Source: Octopus vulgaris
Taxonomy: Eukaryota
Assembly (NCBI GenBank): GCA_951406725.2
Contig: OX597836.1
Location: 25,420,001 to 25,484,000, forward strand
Direction of reading: 5' to 3'
Length of the DNA: 64,000 nt
The position numbers and the translations under genes are program-made. Positions 1 to 56,107 of the stretch are shown here, piece after piece. The stretch's first letter is position 1. The number at the start of each line of letters is the position of its first letter. Under the pieces are notes generated by a model. The model saw nothing but the letters and a program-made list of their open reading frames with translations, had not been told where the DNA came from and did not search any database.

Positions 1-602
1 TAAGGAGGTTTAATTTCCGCCAACACTGACTTCGTGTATGTAATTAGAGCCAATAATGTCAGTTCCTTTTATTGAGCCTGATCGCAGTTCCTTTATTTCC
101 ATTCAGCGTCTGGCAGGCGTTTTAGAAATGTTCTGTGTGAAAAAAACAAAAAAGTAATTCGTAGCATACTTTCTCTCGACATCGCTCAAACGCGCCTGAC
201 TCGGGCTCAGAAGTTACAGCCCGAGTTGTTATTCATAATCGTAAAAATTAAAAGTAATTCAAATTCAATGTTTTCTTGAAACAATAAATTTCTATAGAGA
301 TTAGGGTTTAAATTCCAATCTATGAAAGGTTTCCGTTCGACAATATTCTTAAAGAAACGAAAAATTATCCAGCAACTTGGACTAATCCGAATGAGCCTGA
401 TTGATGTAAAAAGCTAACTGGCATCTCTTGTCAAGAATACAGGAGAGTCAGATCGCTGATGTTTGTTGTGCACTCCGCTGTCGTTATTTGATTGCTGGTA
501 TTCTGAACGTCTGTGTATAAAGATCGGTTGTGTTTTCCAGGGTTGCTTTATTTTTAGCCTTAACTGAGAAATGGAGAAAGACATAGTGCTAGATATACAT
601 AG

Positions 603-679
<77 letters not shown>

Positions 680-801
680 CATTCTGTGGCTAGAAATAAA
701 GCAGAAAATCGTGAAATGTGTCTCATGCGAAATCTGTGATAAACCAGAGTGAAAACATCTGTGATGATTCCGAGTGACGCTGATGAGCTGGAATCGCCTT
801 T

Positions 802-835
<34 letters not shown>

Positions 836-869
836 TATACATACACAGACACAGACACACAGACAGATA

Positions 870-916
<47 letters not shown>

Positions 917-1258
917 ATATATATATAATTAGCACGAAGACGTTAGGATGCAATAAGCATCAATTTATTTAGAAATGAGAGCTAAACTCTCAATTCAACC
1001 GCCGGAAGGCACCAAAATAATAGAAAATAACAGTACACTGTTAAACCTGTGAACCGCTTAATTTACTGCTGTTAATATTATCAATTAAAAACACTCACTA
1101 TAGATAGTATTAACAGTACTAACATCTTATTTCGAACAGTCATTTTAACGAGTTTTTAAAAATTTATTTATCACCCGACGAGATACGTCTGCGCCAAAGG
1201 ATACTCCTGAACCAGTTGTTGATAAATTGTTGAACTCCGCATCTCCATCGCACTCAGA

Positions 1259-1530
1259 GTGGGATCTGACGTCGGCAGGGGACTGAGATGCCACTATGGT
1301 AGGCCCTTCGACCAACCAGGTCTTCACGGTCACTCTTACTGCCTAAATTCTGGTCGTTTCGCTTGTCACACCGCGCTAAACCTAATCATTACGCAGGCTC
1401 TGGTTCGGATTAATATACCCTCAGTTCTGGAGCCGAAGAGATTATCTAGAATTGATAGAAAGAGACCAGATGGTTTTACCCTCTGTTCTTGGGTTAGAGG
1501 TAGGTGCCTCATTTGAGACACCACAGTTTA
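1259..1530 (+). mobile_element. CRE-like non-LTR element, restriction-like endonuclease fragment
   Basis: C..G.PFDQPGLHGHSYC..SGRFACHTALN...IPSVLEPKRLSRIDRKRPDGFTLCSW..GRCLI(W)D pattern, interrupted by a stop. Confidence 0.65.
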
Positions 1531-1883
1531 CGACCCTTTTCCCCCCCCCTCCTATATCCTGGTGCTGCACTAAATGGGAACGTGAAGCAGAATAACAGTC
1601 CTGTGATAATTTTAGCAGATTTAATAAAAAGTATATTACTCTACCTTTGGTATTCGAGTACTATTTTTCACACTTTGTTCTGCACTTATGTGGTTACCTG
1701 TGTACGCGCGCGCGTGTGTGTGTGTGTGTGTGTGTGTACACATAAATATATATAGGTTAAAGTAGCGAGAAAAGGCAAACAATTAGTCGGGGCAAGACAT
1801 GGACATTTGATTTCATTTAATCCTGCCTAAAGATTTAGCTATATAACCAATGCTAAAAGTAGTACAAACTGATAAGCACACTC

Positions 1884-1955
<72 letters not shown>

Positions 1956-2102
1956 ACATATATATATAAATGTGTGTGTGTGTATACATATAGAAACATA
2001 GTATCTGACAGCTGTTTCTGGGATATCCCCACCTATTTCAGCCATACCGACCTAAATTCCTCATACCCCCAATCTCTCTCAGTATATATATATAGATAGA
2101 TA

Positions 2103-2137
<35 letters not shown>

Positions 2138-2239
2138 ACGCATACATATGTATATATGTATGTATATATCTATGCACACACACACACACAGAGACACACA
2201 CAGACACACACACAAATACACACACACACGCGCACGTAC

Positions 2240-2294
<55 letters not shown>

Positions 2295-2691
2295 TATATA
2301 TATAATCAATATAAGAGTTGTTTTATTAAACCAAAGCTTAATAAATTTCACCAAATAAAATAAATGAATCAGATTTGATGAACTTTCTAAAAACTTTGAT
2401 TTAATAAACTAAGTCTGATAACGATTATTTCCTTAAATACTTTCATACCTACAGGTTGTTTTGGGCAAAAAAATTCGTAAATAAAGAATGACGAAATATC
2501 ATTAGAAATCTACGGAATTGATTCCAATTATAGGACCAAGTTTAATTCATACAAACACACACACACACACACACAGACACACACACACACACACACACAC
2601 GCACGCACGCACACATACATACATGCATACATGCACACATACATACATACATACATACATACATACATACATACATACATACATACATACA

Positions 2692-2771
<80 letters not shown>

Positions 2772-3027
2772 CATGCATAAATACATACATATAGAGGCGC
2801 AAGCATGGCTGTGTGGTAAGAAACTTGCTTCCGAACCACATGGTTCCAAGACACACACACACACACATACGACGGGCTTCTTTCAGTTTGCGTCTACCAA
2901 ATCCACTCAGAAGACTTTGGTCGGTCCGAGACTTTAGCAGAAGACATTCGCCTAAGGGACCACGCAGTGGGACTGATCCTGGAACCATGCGGTTGACAAG
3001 CAAGCTCCTTACCACACAGCCACTCCT

Positions 3028-3259
3028 TATTTCTTTACTACCCACAAGGGGCTAAACATAGAGGGGACAAACAAGGACAGACAAACGGGTTAAGTCGATT
3101 ACATCGACCCCCAGTGCGTAACTGGTACTTAATTTATCGACCCCGAAAGGATGAAAGGCAAAGTCAACCTCTGCGGAATTTGAACTCAGAATGTAACGGC
3201 AGACGAAATACGGCTACGCATTTCGCCCGGCGTGCTAACGATTCTGCCAGCTCGCCGCC
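3028..3259 (-). mobile_element. tRNA-derived SINE family B nested in a family A SINE, with 15-bp TSD
   Basis: Head GGCGGCGAGCTGGCAGAATCGTTAG and B box GAGTTCAAATTCC. TSD CACACAGCCACTC(C/T)T at 3013-3027 and 3260-3274. Confidence 0.85.
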
Positions 3260-3914
3260 CACACAGCCACTCTTGTACCTATTTATATAGGAGGTGCAGA
3301 AAAGTTCATGGCTTTAAGGGTATCACAAAAGGCCCGGCTGGAAATCCAACCCCCCGAATTCTCTTACAGGGCTTAGAAATACTGAAGGCCCGATGACATA
3401 AGTGCGTGAATCTGAGAGGGGAATCTGTTAAATAAAACCATAATTAACTGTTCCTCATGTCTTTACTTTTACCCAAGGTCAGGAACTTCGAATGTGTGTG
3501 TGTGCATGTATATACTGGAGAGGCTTTGAGGTTAGTAGCTTGCTTACCAACCACTTGGTTCCGGGTTCATTCTCAATGCGTGGCACCTTAGGAAAGCGTC
3601 TTCTACTATAGCCTCGAGCCAACCAAAGCTTTGTGAGTGGATTTGGTAGACGGAAACACAAAGAGGTCCGTCGAATTTATATGTGTCTGCATCCATATAT
3701 GTGTGTGAGTCTGTGTTTGTCCCCACGCCATCGCTTGACAAACGATGCCGGTTTGTTTAAGTCCCTGTAACAAAGCGGTTCGGCAAAAAACACTGATAGA
3801 AAATGCACTAGGCTTATATAATTCTTCGCAACGATTTCTTCCACTAACGCCCTTTCAGGTGGTGCCTTAGCATGGCCGCAGTCAAATGACTGTAACAAGT
3901 AAAAGAATAAAAGA

Positions 3915-3969
<55 letters not shown>

Positions 3970-4554
3970 AAAAAGGAGATGTGGAACACGAGTTATGATA
4001 TATAAAAAAGGAAATGAAGAAAATGCTGACAAAATAATTTAAGTAATTTAATTAGGTGAAAGTTCTTTTTTAAGTAATTTAATTAGGTGAAAGTTCTTTT
4101 TACCGGTTGCGCATTTGTTATGCTTATCAAAAGATATTTTTTTAAGAGAGATAGAGTTCCTTTCTGATAGATTTTTTCTTCTTATATATATATGTTAGTT
4201 AGTTAGTTAGTTAATTTGGCTCAAAAGCAAATAGCAAGGCCATGTAGGGGGACATGGAGTTAAGTACAGGGTGGTGTTCATGTAAAGAGTTCAGGCTACT
4301 TGAGGTCCAGGGAGGCTTTGAACAAAGCGGTCGTCGGCATCTTCACCATCTCGTCTGGCAGCTTGTTCCACGGATATATATATATATATGTATGTTAGTG
4401 TATTTGTATGTTTGTGTGTGTGTATTTGTGTGTGTGCGTGTGTGTATGTGTGTGTGTGTGTGTGTCCCTACACATACATACACACACGTCACACATATAT
4501 ATGTATGTACACATTTCCGTATGTATGTACGTATGTATGCATATGTACGTGTAG

Positions 4555-4670
4555 TGACGAGTTCACTTCCCACATCATTAAAGTGTTTGAAAGAGTGGTA
4601 AGATCAAGGATAGCTGGTTTCCTGGAGATCCACAAACCCCTAAATGCAAATCAGCATGGCTTTCTGAAGA
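4555..4670 (+). mobile_element. CR1/L2-type RT fragment
   Basis: TSHIIKVFERVVRSRIAGFLEIHKPLNANQHGF. Confidence 0.6.
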
Positions 4671-4738
4671 TACGCCCTAAAGGTACCCTTTATGGCGAGA
4701 AACCGAGGGTAACCCCAGAAACCAGCCTTCACCAGTAA

Positions 4739-4775
<37 letters not shown>

Positions 4776-5455
4776 TACATGTATATGCATATTTAAACAC
4801 AGGAGAAACTACCTTTAACAGGTAGTTTGGTCGTTTTGACTGCTTCTTCTAGCGTGTAAAACTACCTGTTAAAGGTAGTTTCTCCTGTGTTTAAATATGC
4901 ATATACATGTAAATAATATTACCTTTAACAGGTAATTTTTCACGCTAGAAGAACCAGTCAAAACGACCAAAACAACATTTAAGAGCAATTTCGAACCTTG
5001 TTAAGGTAAAAGTTTTAATTTTCATTCCCTTTGAAATTGCTCTTAAATGTGGTTTTGGTCGTTTTGACTGCTTCTTCTAGCGTGTAAAACTACCTGTTAA
5101 AGGTAGTTTCTCCTGTGTTTAAATATGCATATACATGTAAATAATTATATATATATATATATTATTTACATGTATATGCATATTTAAACACAGAACCACA
5201 TTTAAGAGCAATTTCAAAGGGAATGAAATTTAAAACTTTTACCTTAACAAGGTTCGAAATTGCTCTTAAATGTTGTTTTGGTCGTTTTGACTGGTTCTTC
5301 TAGCGTGAAAAATTACCTGTTGAAGGTGATTTCTCTTGTGCTTAAATGTACACTTATTTTATATTGAGAATATGTTGTCTATTCACTATTTATACATGCT
5401 AGGACACAGGTGGTGATATTTCTAAACAAATTCGCCACCCTATATATTTTACATG

Positions 5456-5504
<49 letters not shown>

Positions 5505-5507
5505 GCA

Positions 5508-5542
<35 letters not shown>

Positions 5543-5632
5543 ACTGATTATACACACATACATACAACTTGAAGGTGTACATTTATATTAGAAATATTAT
5601 CCCAAAACAACAACAAGGCAATGTTGATGATG

Positions 5633-5725
<93 letters not shown>

Positions 5726-5945
5726 AAATGAAGGAAATGCTGACAAAATAATTTAAGTAATTTAAGTAATTTAATTAGGTGAAAGAACTTTCACCTAATT
5801 AAATTACTTAAATTACTTAAATTATTTTGTCAGCATTTTCTTCATTTCCTTTTTTATATATCACAACTCGTGTTCCACATCTCCTTTTTTAAATAAATAT
5901 ATATATATATTGTTTGTTCCTTCTCGAGCCACGCCTGGCTCATAG

Positions 5946-6005
<60 letters not shown>

Positions 6006-6427
6006 AGATAAGAAAATGGAGAAATACATCAAAATCAAATATCAATTACCAGATAATACTCAATTACATACTTAATTAAACCACCACATGAGAGACTGTA
6101 GGGTTAAATATAAAAAGCAGAACAAATCAGTGTACCTTCTGCTTTTGATATTTAACCCTACAGTCTCTTATGTGGTGGTTTAATAAAGTATGTGATTGAG
6201 TATTATCTGGTAATTGATATTTGATTTTGATGTATTTCTCCATTTTCTTATCTTGTATTAGTAATTTGTGGTAAATCATTTTACCTTTGCCCATATAATA
6301 CAGTAAATGAATTGATTGCATCGCAATCATTAACATTTATGTATTAACTTTGTTGGGTACTTCACTAGCAGTATATTGGATATACGTTATCCCATAGAGT
6401 GTTGCATTTAAAACCCCTATCTCAATT

Positions 6428-6472
<45 letters not shown>

Positions 6473-6481
6473 GCATATATT

Positions 6482-6527
<46 letters not shown>

Positions 6528-6636
6528 CATATATACATGTATATATATACATACACACACACACACACACACACACATACATACATACATACATATATAC
6601 ATACATATATATATATATACATAAATATATATATAT

Positions 6637-6669
<33 letters not shown>

Positions 6670-6798
6670 CATACATATATACATATACATATACATATAT
6701 ATATGTATATATATACATACACACACACACACACACATACATACATACATACATACATACATACATACATACATACATACATACATACATACATACAT

Positions 6799-6848
<50 letters not shown>

Positions 6849-7220
6849 ATTTTGAGGGAATATTGTTCCTAACTTACAGGGAAAAATTCAATTTAGAAAT
6901 ACTAAAGCAAATTTCACAAAATATAACATACAAATAAAAATTAGAAAAACCCACCTTTTATCAATTCAAAATGAATAATTAAATTACTTCATCTAGAAAA
7001 TTATATATAATAGAAATATTAAATATAAAATAACAATAATATACCGATGATTAAGTAAATTGCCAAATAATATACCGGTGATTAAGGAGATTGCAAAATA
7101 ATAAATAAAACGTATATATTTGGTAGAATATATACCAAATATATACGTTTTATTTATTATTTTGCAATTTACTTAATCATCGGTATATCATTGTTATTTT
7201 ATTTTTGATATTTCTACTAT

Positions 7221-7635
7221 ACTCTTTTACTATTTACTCTTTTACTTGTTTCAGTCATTTGACTGCGGCCATGCTGGAGCACCGCCTTTAATCGAGCAAC
7301 TCGACCCTGGGACATATTCTTTTGTAAGCCCAGTACTTATTCTATCGGTCTCTTTTGCCGAACCGCTAAGTAACGGGGACATAAACACACCAGCATCGGT
7401 TGTCAAGCAATGCTAGGGGGACAAACAGAGACACACAAACACACACATGCATATATATATATATATATACATATATACGACGGGCTTCTTTCAGTTTCCG
7501 CCTACCAAATCCACTCACAAGGCTTTGGTCGGCCCGAGGCTATAGTAGAAGACACTTGCCCAAGGTGCCACGCAGTGGGACTGAACCCGGAACCGTGTGG
7601 TTGGTAAACAAGCTACTTACCACATAGCCACTCCA
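7221..7635 (-). mobile_element. SINE family A copy
   Basis: Reverse complement of the 61631 element. Confidence 0.85.
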
Positions 7636-7664
7636 TTTTGAATTGATAAAAGGTGATTTTTCTA

Positions 7665-7773
<109 letters not shown>

Positions 7774-7969
7774 GGTAATCACATAAATGTGAAACAAGGT
7801 GGAAAGAAAATAATACGCGAATACGGGAGGTGTATACTATTGTATACATACATATATAGTGAATATGATTGGCTATTTTATATGTGTGTGTGTGTGTATG
7901 CTCATAGAAATATCAATGAATTGTTACATAAATTTTGGGAACTCCAACACCCATATCATCTCCCCCCCT

Positions 7970-7972
7970 CTC

Positions 7973-8018
<46 letters not shown>

Positions 8019-8295
8019 ACATTTTTCTCTTTCTCCTACCACTTATTATTTTCCGAAATTTTTTACGTTTCCTTTCTCTTTTCCTAGCTCGCAACAATTC
8101 AATTGTATATTTAGACCAGTTCTATTTTTACGTGTTATAATTTCCTCCCACTTTCTTCTTGCTCTCTCTTCTTTCTTTCTCTCTCTCTCTCTCTCTCTGT
8201 CCTCCCCTCACATTGTCCGAGTGAAATAAAAGAGAAAGAGAGAGTGAGAGTGAGTGAGTGAAAAGAGAGAGTGAGAGGAAGAGGGAGAGTGTATG
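7970..8295. promoter_or_regulatory. CT-rich then GA-rich tract upstream of the putative first exon (possible promoter region)
   Basis: (CT)n tracts at 7975-8200 and a (GA)-rich tract at 8230-8290, about 250 nt before the candidate ATG. Function inferred from position only. Confidence 0.25.
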
Positions 8296-8540
8296 ATTTA
8301 TATACTATACAATATTAAACATTTAAATTCCAGCCATTCCCGCGACCCGGCAGTCAGGCTTCTCATCGTCAAACGCACCACTTCGAAGTTTCTCTTTGAT
8401 TAACCCAGTTTTATAAATTAATCAATTTGTTAATTTCTGATGTTTTTTCGCCGCCACGGACAGCCGAAACTAAAGTTTATAAAACAAACCACTGAGAATT
8501 TCCAAACAGCTCATAAACGAACCACTGAATCTGTGTCGAC

Positions 8541-50541
<42,001 letters not shown>

Positions 50542-50570
50542 GTAAGCATTCTTTCATTTATTATATTATA

Positions 50571-50617
<47 letters not shown>

Positions 50618-52431
50618 TTATATCATACTATATTATATTCATCATTATCATTATCATCATTTATATTATATTTTTTTTATTTATTAAGTTATGAGGATGT
50701 ATTAAATTATTCCCAGACTATTTCTTTAGTGTGCCAACAGATGCCAACAGATGGCAGCACACAGTTGCATGTGCAGTGAGAGCTAGCAGTGATCTTCACG
50801 AGGCAGTGTACCGAGGGACATCACTCATAGGGTCAACTTTCATTAGATGGCCACTGTCCTTAGGGCAGCCAGTTTTGGTCTAGCCTTCAGAACCTATAAT
50901 CACTGCAATGTCAAATGGTATCTATCTACTCAATGGTCAGGGTCAGTTTCCACCCATTAAGACCTTTTCTTCTCACATTGTTTCACCTTCAATGATAGAT
51001 ACTCTCCTTCATCACTTATGGATTGATGATAGAGTCACTGCTGAAAAACGTTCATGTTGAGAGGTTCCTACTCAAATTGGTACACAGAAATTTTGGGTCA
51101 GCATATGTGGATGACACCGGTGTGATTGTGATGGACACAGGAGATATCAAGATGATTCAGTGCCAATTTAAGGGAATAGAAAATGAGGAGATGACCAAAA
51201 GTTATTTAGGTCATGTCAAGGAAGTTACAGATCAGCACCTGGACAAACTAGTCCATGCCATCCATCAAAGTTGTTGGTCACCGGATAGATGCACTGGCTA
51301 AAATATTTAGAGTTTAATATGGTCTAAATCTGGTAGATAGGAACTGGAACAAGTTTGCAAGTATGATGGTCAGTCTTACCTAGAAACCAGCTGTAATGGA
51401 GCTCTCTATGAAAGGAGGTAAATACCTGTATCACCTCCATTTTATTTCTACTTGTGTCGGGTTTGTTCCAGCTCTCATCCGACCAGACTAGAATATCTAG
51501 TATTTTGCTTTTTGTGGAGAGAATGCAGTTCACAGGTCATATGATCCATCTGCTGTCGAAGTCTGGATGTCTTTTCTACCACAAAGAACTCCAAGAGTGT
51601 AATGGGTACTTTTATGTGCCACCAGCACTGGTACCACTTGCATGACACCAATATCTGCCATCACTACAATTTCACTTGGCTCAATGGGTCTTTTTCTCAA
51701 ACACAGCATATTGCCGAAAGCCTTGGTCATTTGTCATTGCCTCTGTGAGGCCTAACATAAGATTTTTGAGGCCAGGGTTGGGTATGGTGTAACTGATGGT
51801 GTGGACAAGTGTTGAGATTATGGCATACATAAATATTCCTAGACTGGGAACAGGTGCCTTGCTGACTTGTGAAATTGCATGTTAGAACGGAACCATCCAT
51901 CAGCTGAATTCAGTGTAGGGTTCACTATGCTGTTTTCTTTTGGCTAGGAAGGGCAGCAGGCAGTTTTTGTCTGCTCAGTAGATGTGGCAAAAGATGTTAT
52001 TTGGTCGACAAAATGAAAAGGACTGAAGAGCAATATTTTCCCCTTTGGCCAATCCCACCTTTATTATCTTCAAGATTCACTAGAAAAGATGGTGTGAATG
52101 AAACGGGAGTTTTTGCATCCCCAAAAATACGTTGAAAGATGGGTTGAGATTAGTGGATGTGGCCTGCCAGAACAGGCAGCTTCTGAATATATAAGCAGGA
52201 AAACAACATTTGGGTGGCAGGAAGTACTTGCTCTCATGGTGAAAGATGTCCAAATGCTCTGAGGTTTCAATAATGGGGATCCCTATCGGGGAATTTTCTT
52301 CATTGCAATTTCATTATATCTATTGGCCTTGTTATTCTTTTTTTACATGTTTCACTTGCAATTCCAACCCCATATCTTCTTTCTGTACAGTCATCAAATT
52401 TCTTCAAGTACTTTGTTGCAAAAGACGAAAA

Positions 52432-52468
<37 letters not shown>

Positions 52469-53859
52469 GAATGCCATTAAAGTGACATTGGGGTAAAATA
52501 TACGAAACCCAATATATCCATTATAACTACCTGTCTGATAAGGGTACACCAGGCACATGCATTACAACCATATTTGTGCAACATGGTGATCTCATATCAA
52601 GATAAACAGCACATAACCTTACAGGTGGACCCAGTAAGAGTTTTCCTCGGTTGAGTAGTCCGTCCTGTTCAAAAAGTCCCTGAATGAGGGTTGTTTAAGG
52701 ATATTGAAATGAAACACATATGTTTCCAGAGGTAAAACATTCAAACCTCAAAGAATTCTTCTCAACACATAGCTATGATGCTCCCCCACTACTTCTGCTC
52801 GTGATCAGATATGCACATATCGTCAGACACTAAGGGACATGGTCAACAAGTTAAGGTCAAGCAACTGACAAGCAAATCTGTGGTATTGAGTAGAATATTT
52901 GCTGTAGGCCATCTTTTAAAAATCAAGACAAAACAATGTAGATGATAACACTTCCAGTCAGTTAAAATCAAAAGCCATAAGAGCCACTACCTGGTACTGC
53001 ATCAATTAAATTATCATCATCATCATCACAACCACCACCACCACCACTACCACCACCACCACCACCACCACCACCACCACCACCACCACCACCACCATCA
53101 CCACCATCATCATCATCATCATCATCATCATCATTGTTATTACCGTTATTATGTTGATGTACTTCAATAGCATTATTCCAAATGACAAAATTATTTCACA
53201 TTTTCTCAAAAATCTATAAAATTACCATTGTTGCTCATCATCACCATCATGACCATCATCATCTTTGTCATTGTGTTTCCAACAGTTTCATGCAGGATCC
53301 TTCTTCTGCACCTCTGCATTCCTGAGTTGTGTGCAGTTCTGCATTTTCGGTACGTAAAACATAAAAATTCCCATAACCTTGGTTTGACTTTGTTGTACAA
53401 TTCCTGGTGTCTCTTTAGTATTTACCAGTTTTTCCCAAGGATACACGATGTAAGAACTGTGCTATTTTGTTGGACATCTAATGCATGGCTCTTTGGTCCT
53501 TCCTGGATGTTCTGTGTCACTGTGGTTCCTCAGACTGCTTTTCTCTGTTGCATACATGACTTAGCTTTTGTCTTCTATTTTTTTTACTTGTTTTAATCGT
53601 TAGTCTGCGGCCATGCTGGGGCACCGCCTTGAAGAATTTTTAATCGAATGAATCAACCGTAGTACTTTTAGTTTATTTTTTACTTCTATTTTAGCGATGT
53701 AGGTGCTTATGTAGTGCCCTTGTATATATTTGTACATATCTAATATTTTATGTATATATTTTATTAATTTGCCTGTACAGCTGATAATTCGCAGCCACTT
53801 GTGATGTATTTTAATAATGCCATCCCTATATATATATTCTTCTTTCTCCCATCTGTCTT

Positions 53860-54749
53860 GATAGACAATGGGTCGCGCCAAGGGTGGGGGCCTACTTTGA
53901 TGATGAGCAGCGTCTGCTGTGACTGAACAGTCCAATTCTAGAGTGGCAGTCCCTGGTACAGTTGCTGCACACGAACATCGATGGGTACGTGTGGGGTGTT
54001 GCTGCAGTTGTCCTCCTCCTGTCCCGCCTGTCCGACCACAGCTGTGCTCTCCTTTCCTCAGCCATGGAAACGCCTTTCCTCACTGTCCGACGCCAGGCAG
54101 AGCGGTCAGCAGCTGTTACCTCCCACGTGTCCACACAGATGTTGGCAGTCCTCAGGTCGCGCTTGCACACATCCCTGTATCGTAGCTGTGGACGTCCCTT
54201 GGGTCGGGATCCCGTGGTGAGTTCGCTGTACAGGATGTCTTTAGGCATGCGACCGTCCTGCATGCAGCAGACATGTCCGAGCCAGCGCAGTCGTCTCCGC
54301 ACGAGGAGGGCATGCATGCTTGGCATATTAGTCTGTTCTAGGATGACTCCGTTTGGTACTCGGTCCTTCCAGGAGATGCCAAGGATCCGTCGAAGACACC
54401 GCATGTGGAAGCCGCTGAGGCGGCATTCTTGCTGGGTGTATGTTGTCCAGCTCTCGCTGCCGTAGAGTAGGGTGCTCAGCACGCAGGCTCGGTACACTGC
54501 GATCTTGGTGGTTATTGTGAGCATGTTGTTTTCCCACACTCTCCTGGAGAGCTTAGCCATGGCAGCAGCAGCCTTCCCAATCCATCTGTTCAGCTCCGGC
54601 TCGAGGGACAGGTTGCTGGAGACTGTCGATCCCAGGTAAGTGAACTCGTTCACCACCTGCAAGCTGTGGTCACCGACACTGATGCTGGGGACCCCTCCGA
54701 TGTCCTGGCCCATGATCTCTGTCTTTTTCAGGCCGATGGTAAGGCCAAA

Positions 54750-54750
<1 letters not shown>
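53860..54750 (-). mobile_element. RTE (BovB-like) LINE 3' fragment, still open
   Basis: 273-aa ORF: FTYLGS, IGKAAAAM, VLSTLLYGSESWT, RLRWLGHV, GRPQLRYRD, C-terminal CSNCTRDCHSRIGLFSH. Confidence 0.9.
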
Positions 54751-54787
<37 letters not shown>

Positions 54788-56063
54788 GGGCCTGCAATTG
54801 CCTATATTATTGATCTTGTTATTATCATTTTTACATTTGTTACATCAGATAATAACAGAGTCAGTGGTATCTTCGCAAATTATTTTTTCATGAATTATTT
54901 TATTCTCATGGATTATTTGCTCCGTATATATACTATTTTATTAAAGCCAAAAAAATTTTTCACAAATTTTTAGCATGAGCTTTGAACATTGGGCCTCACA
55001 GAAGCAATGACTAGTGATCAAGACCATTGGCGATATGCTATGCTTGAGAAGGCCTGTCAAGCCAAGTGAAATCATAGTTGTGGCCGATGCCGGACCCAAG
55101 TAACTGGCACCAATCCTGGTGGCACGTAAAAAGTGCCTTTGAATGTTGGGCCTCATGAAGGCAACTGTCACCCTTGCTGGTGGCATGTGAACAGCACCTG
55201 TCAAGCATTGGGCCTCATGAAGGCAATGTGGATGATGCTAGTGTCACGTAACTGGCACCTGTGCTAGTGGCACGTAAAAAGCAATTTTTGAATGTTAGGC
55301 CTCACAGAGGCATTGACAAATGACTGAGACCTTTGGCAATATGCTGTGCTTGAGAAGAAGACCCATCGAGCCAAGTGAAATTGTAGTGATGGCAGATATT
55401 GGAGTCACGCAACTGGTACCAGTGCTGGTGGCACATAAAAGTGCCCATTACACTCTTGGAGTTCTTTGTGTTAGAAAAGACATCCAGTCATAGAAAGCAT
55501 GCTAAATCAGACTGGAGTCTGGTGCAGCCCTTCAGCTTATCAGCCCTGGTCAAACCATCCAACCCATGCCAGCTTGGACGATGGACGTGAAATGATGATG
55601 ATGTTACTCAGAGCTTCATATGACTATTCATCAAGCAGCAGTGATAAAACAGTTGTGACATCACAAGTGTCTGGTGAACGGTCACATAAAACTCTGAGTA
55701 ACAGTTTGCGAAGATATTTTCGACTTTAATAAAAGAAGTATTTCACCCTACATTTTGGTATTTGAGTGCTATTTTTACCAGCTTTTTTTGCACCTATGTG
55801 TTTAAAACACACACACACATGCACACACACGCATGTGCACACACACACACATGTATTGCTTCTTTATGGTATGTGTCTCACATCATGTGGCCTCTGCAAG
55901 TTGCACACAAAAAAAATCACACAGGTCTCATAGGGAACATGTTTAAGTGTGGGCATAATCAGAACATAATATTAGTTTCAAACTTTGGCACAATGCCAGT
56001 AATTTCAGTTAAGATCAGAAGCCATGAGAGCCACTGCCTGGTACTGCATCAGGACATTTATTA

Positions 56064-56107
<44 letters not shown>

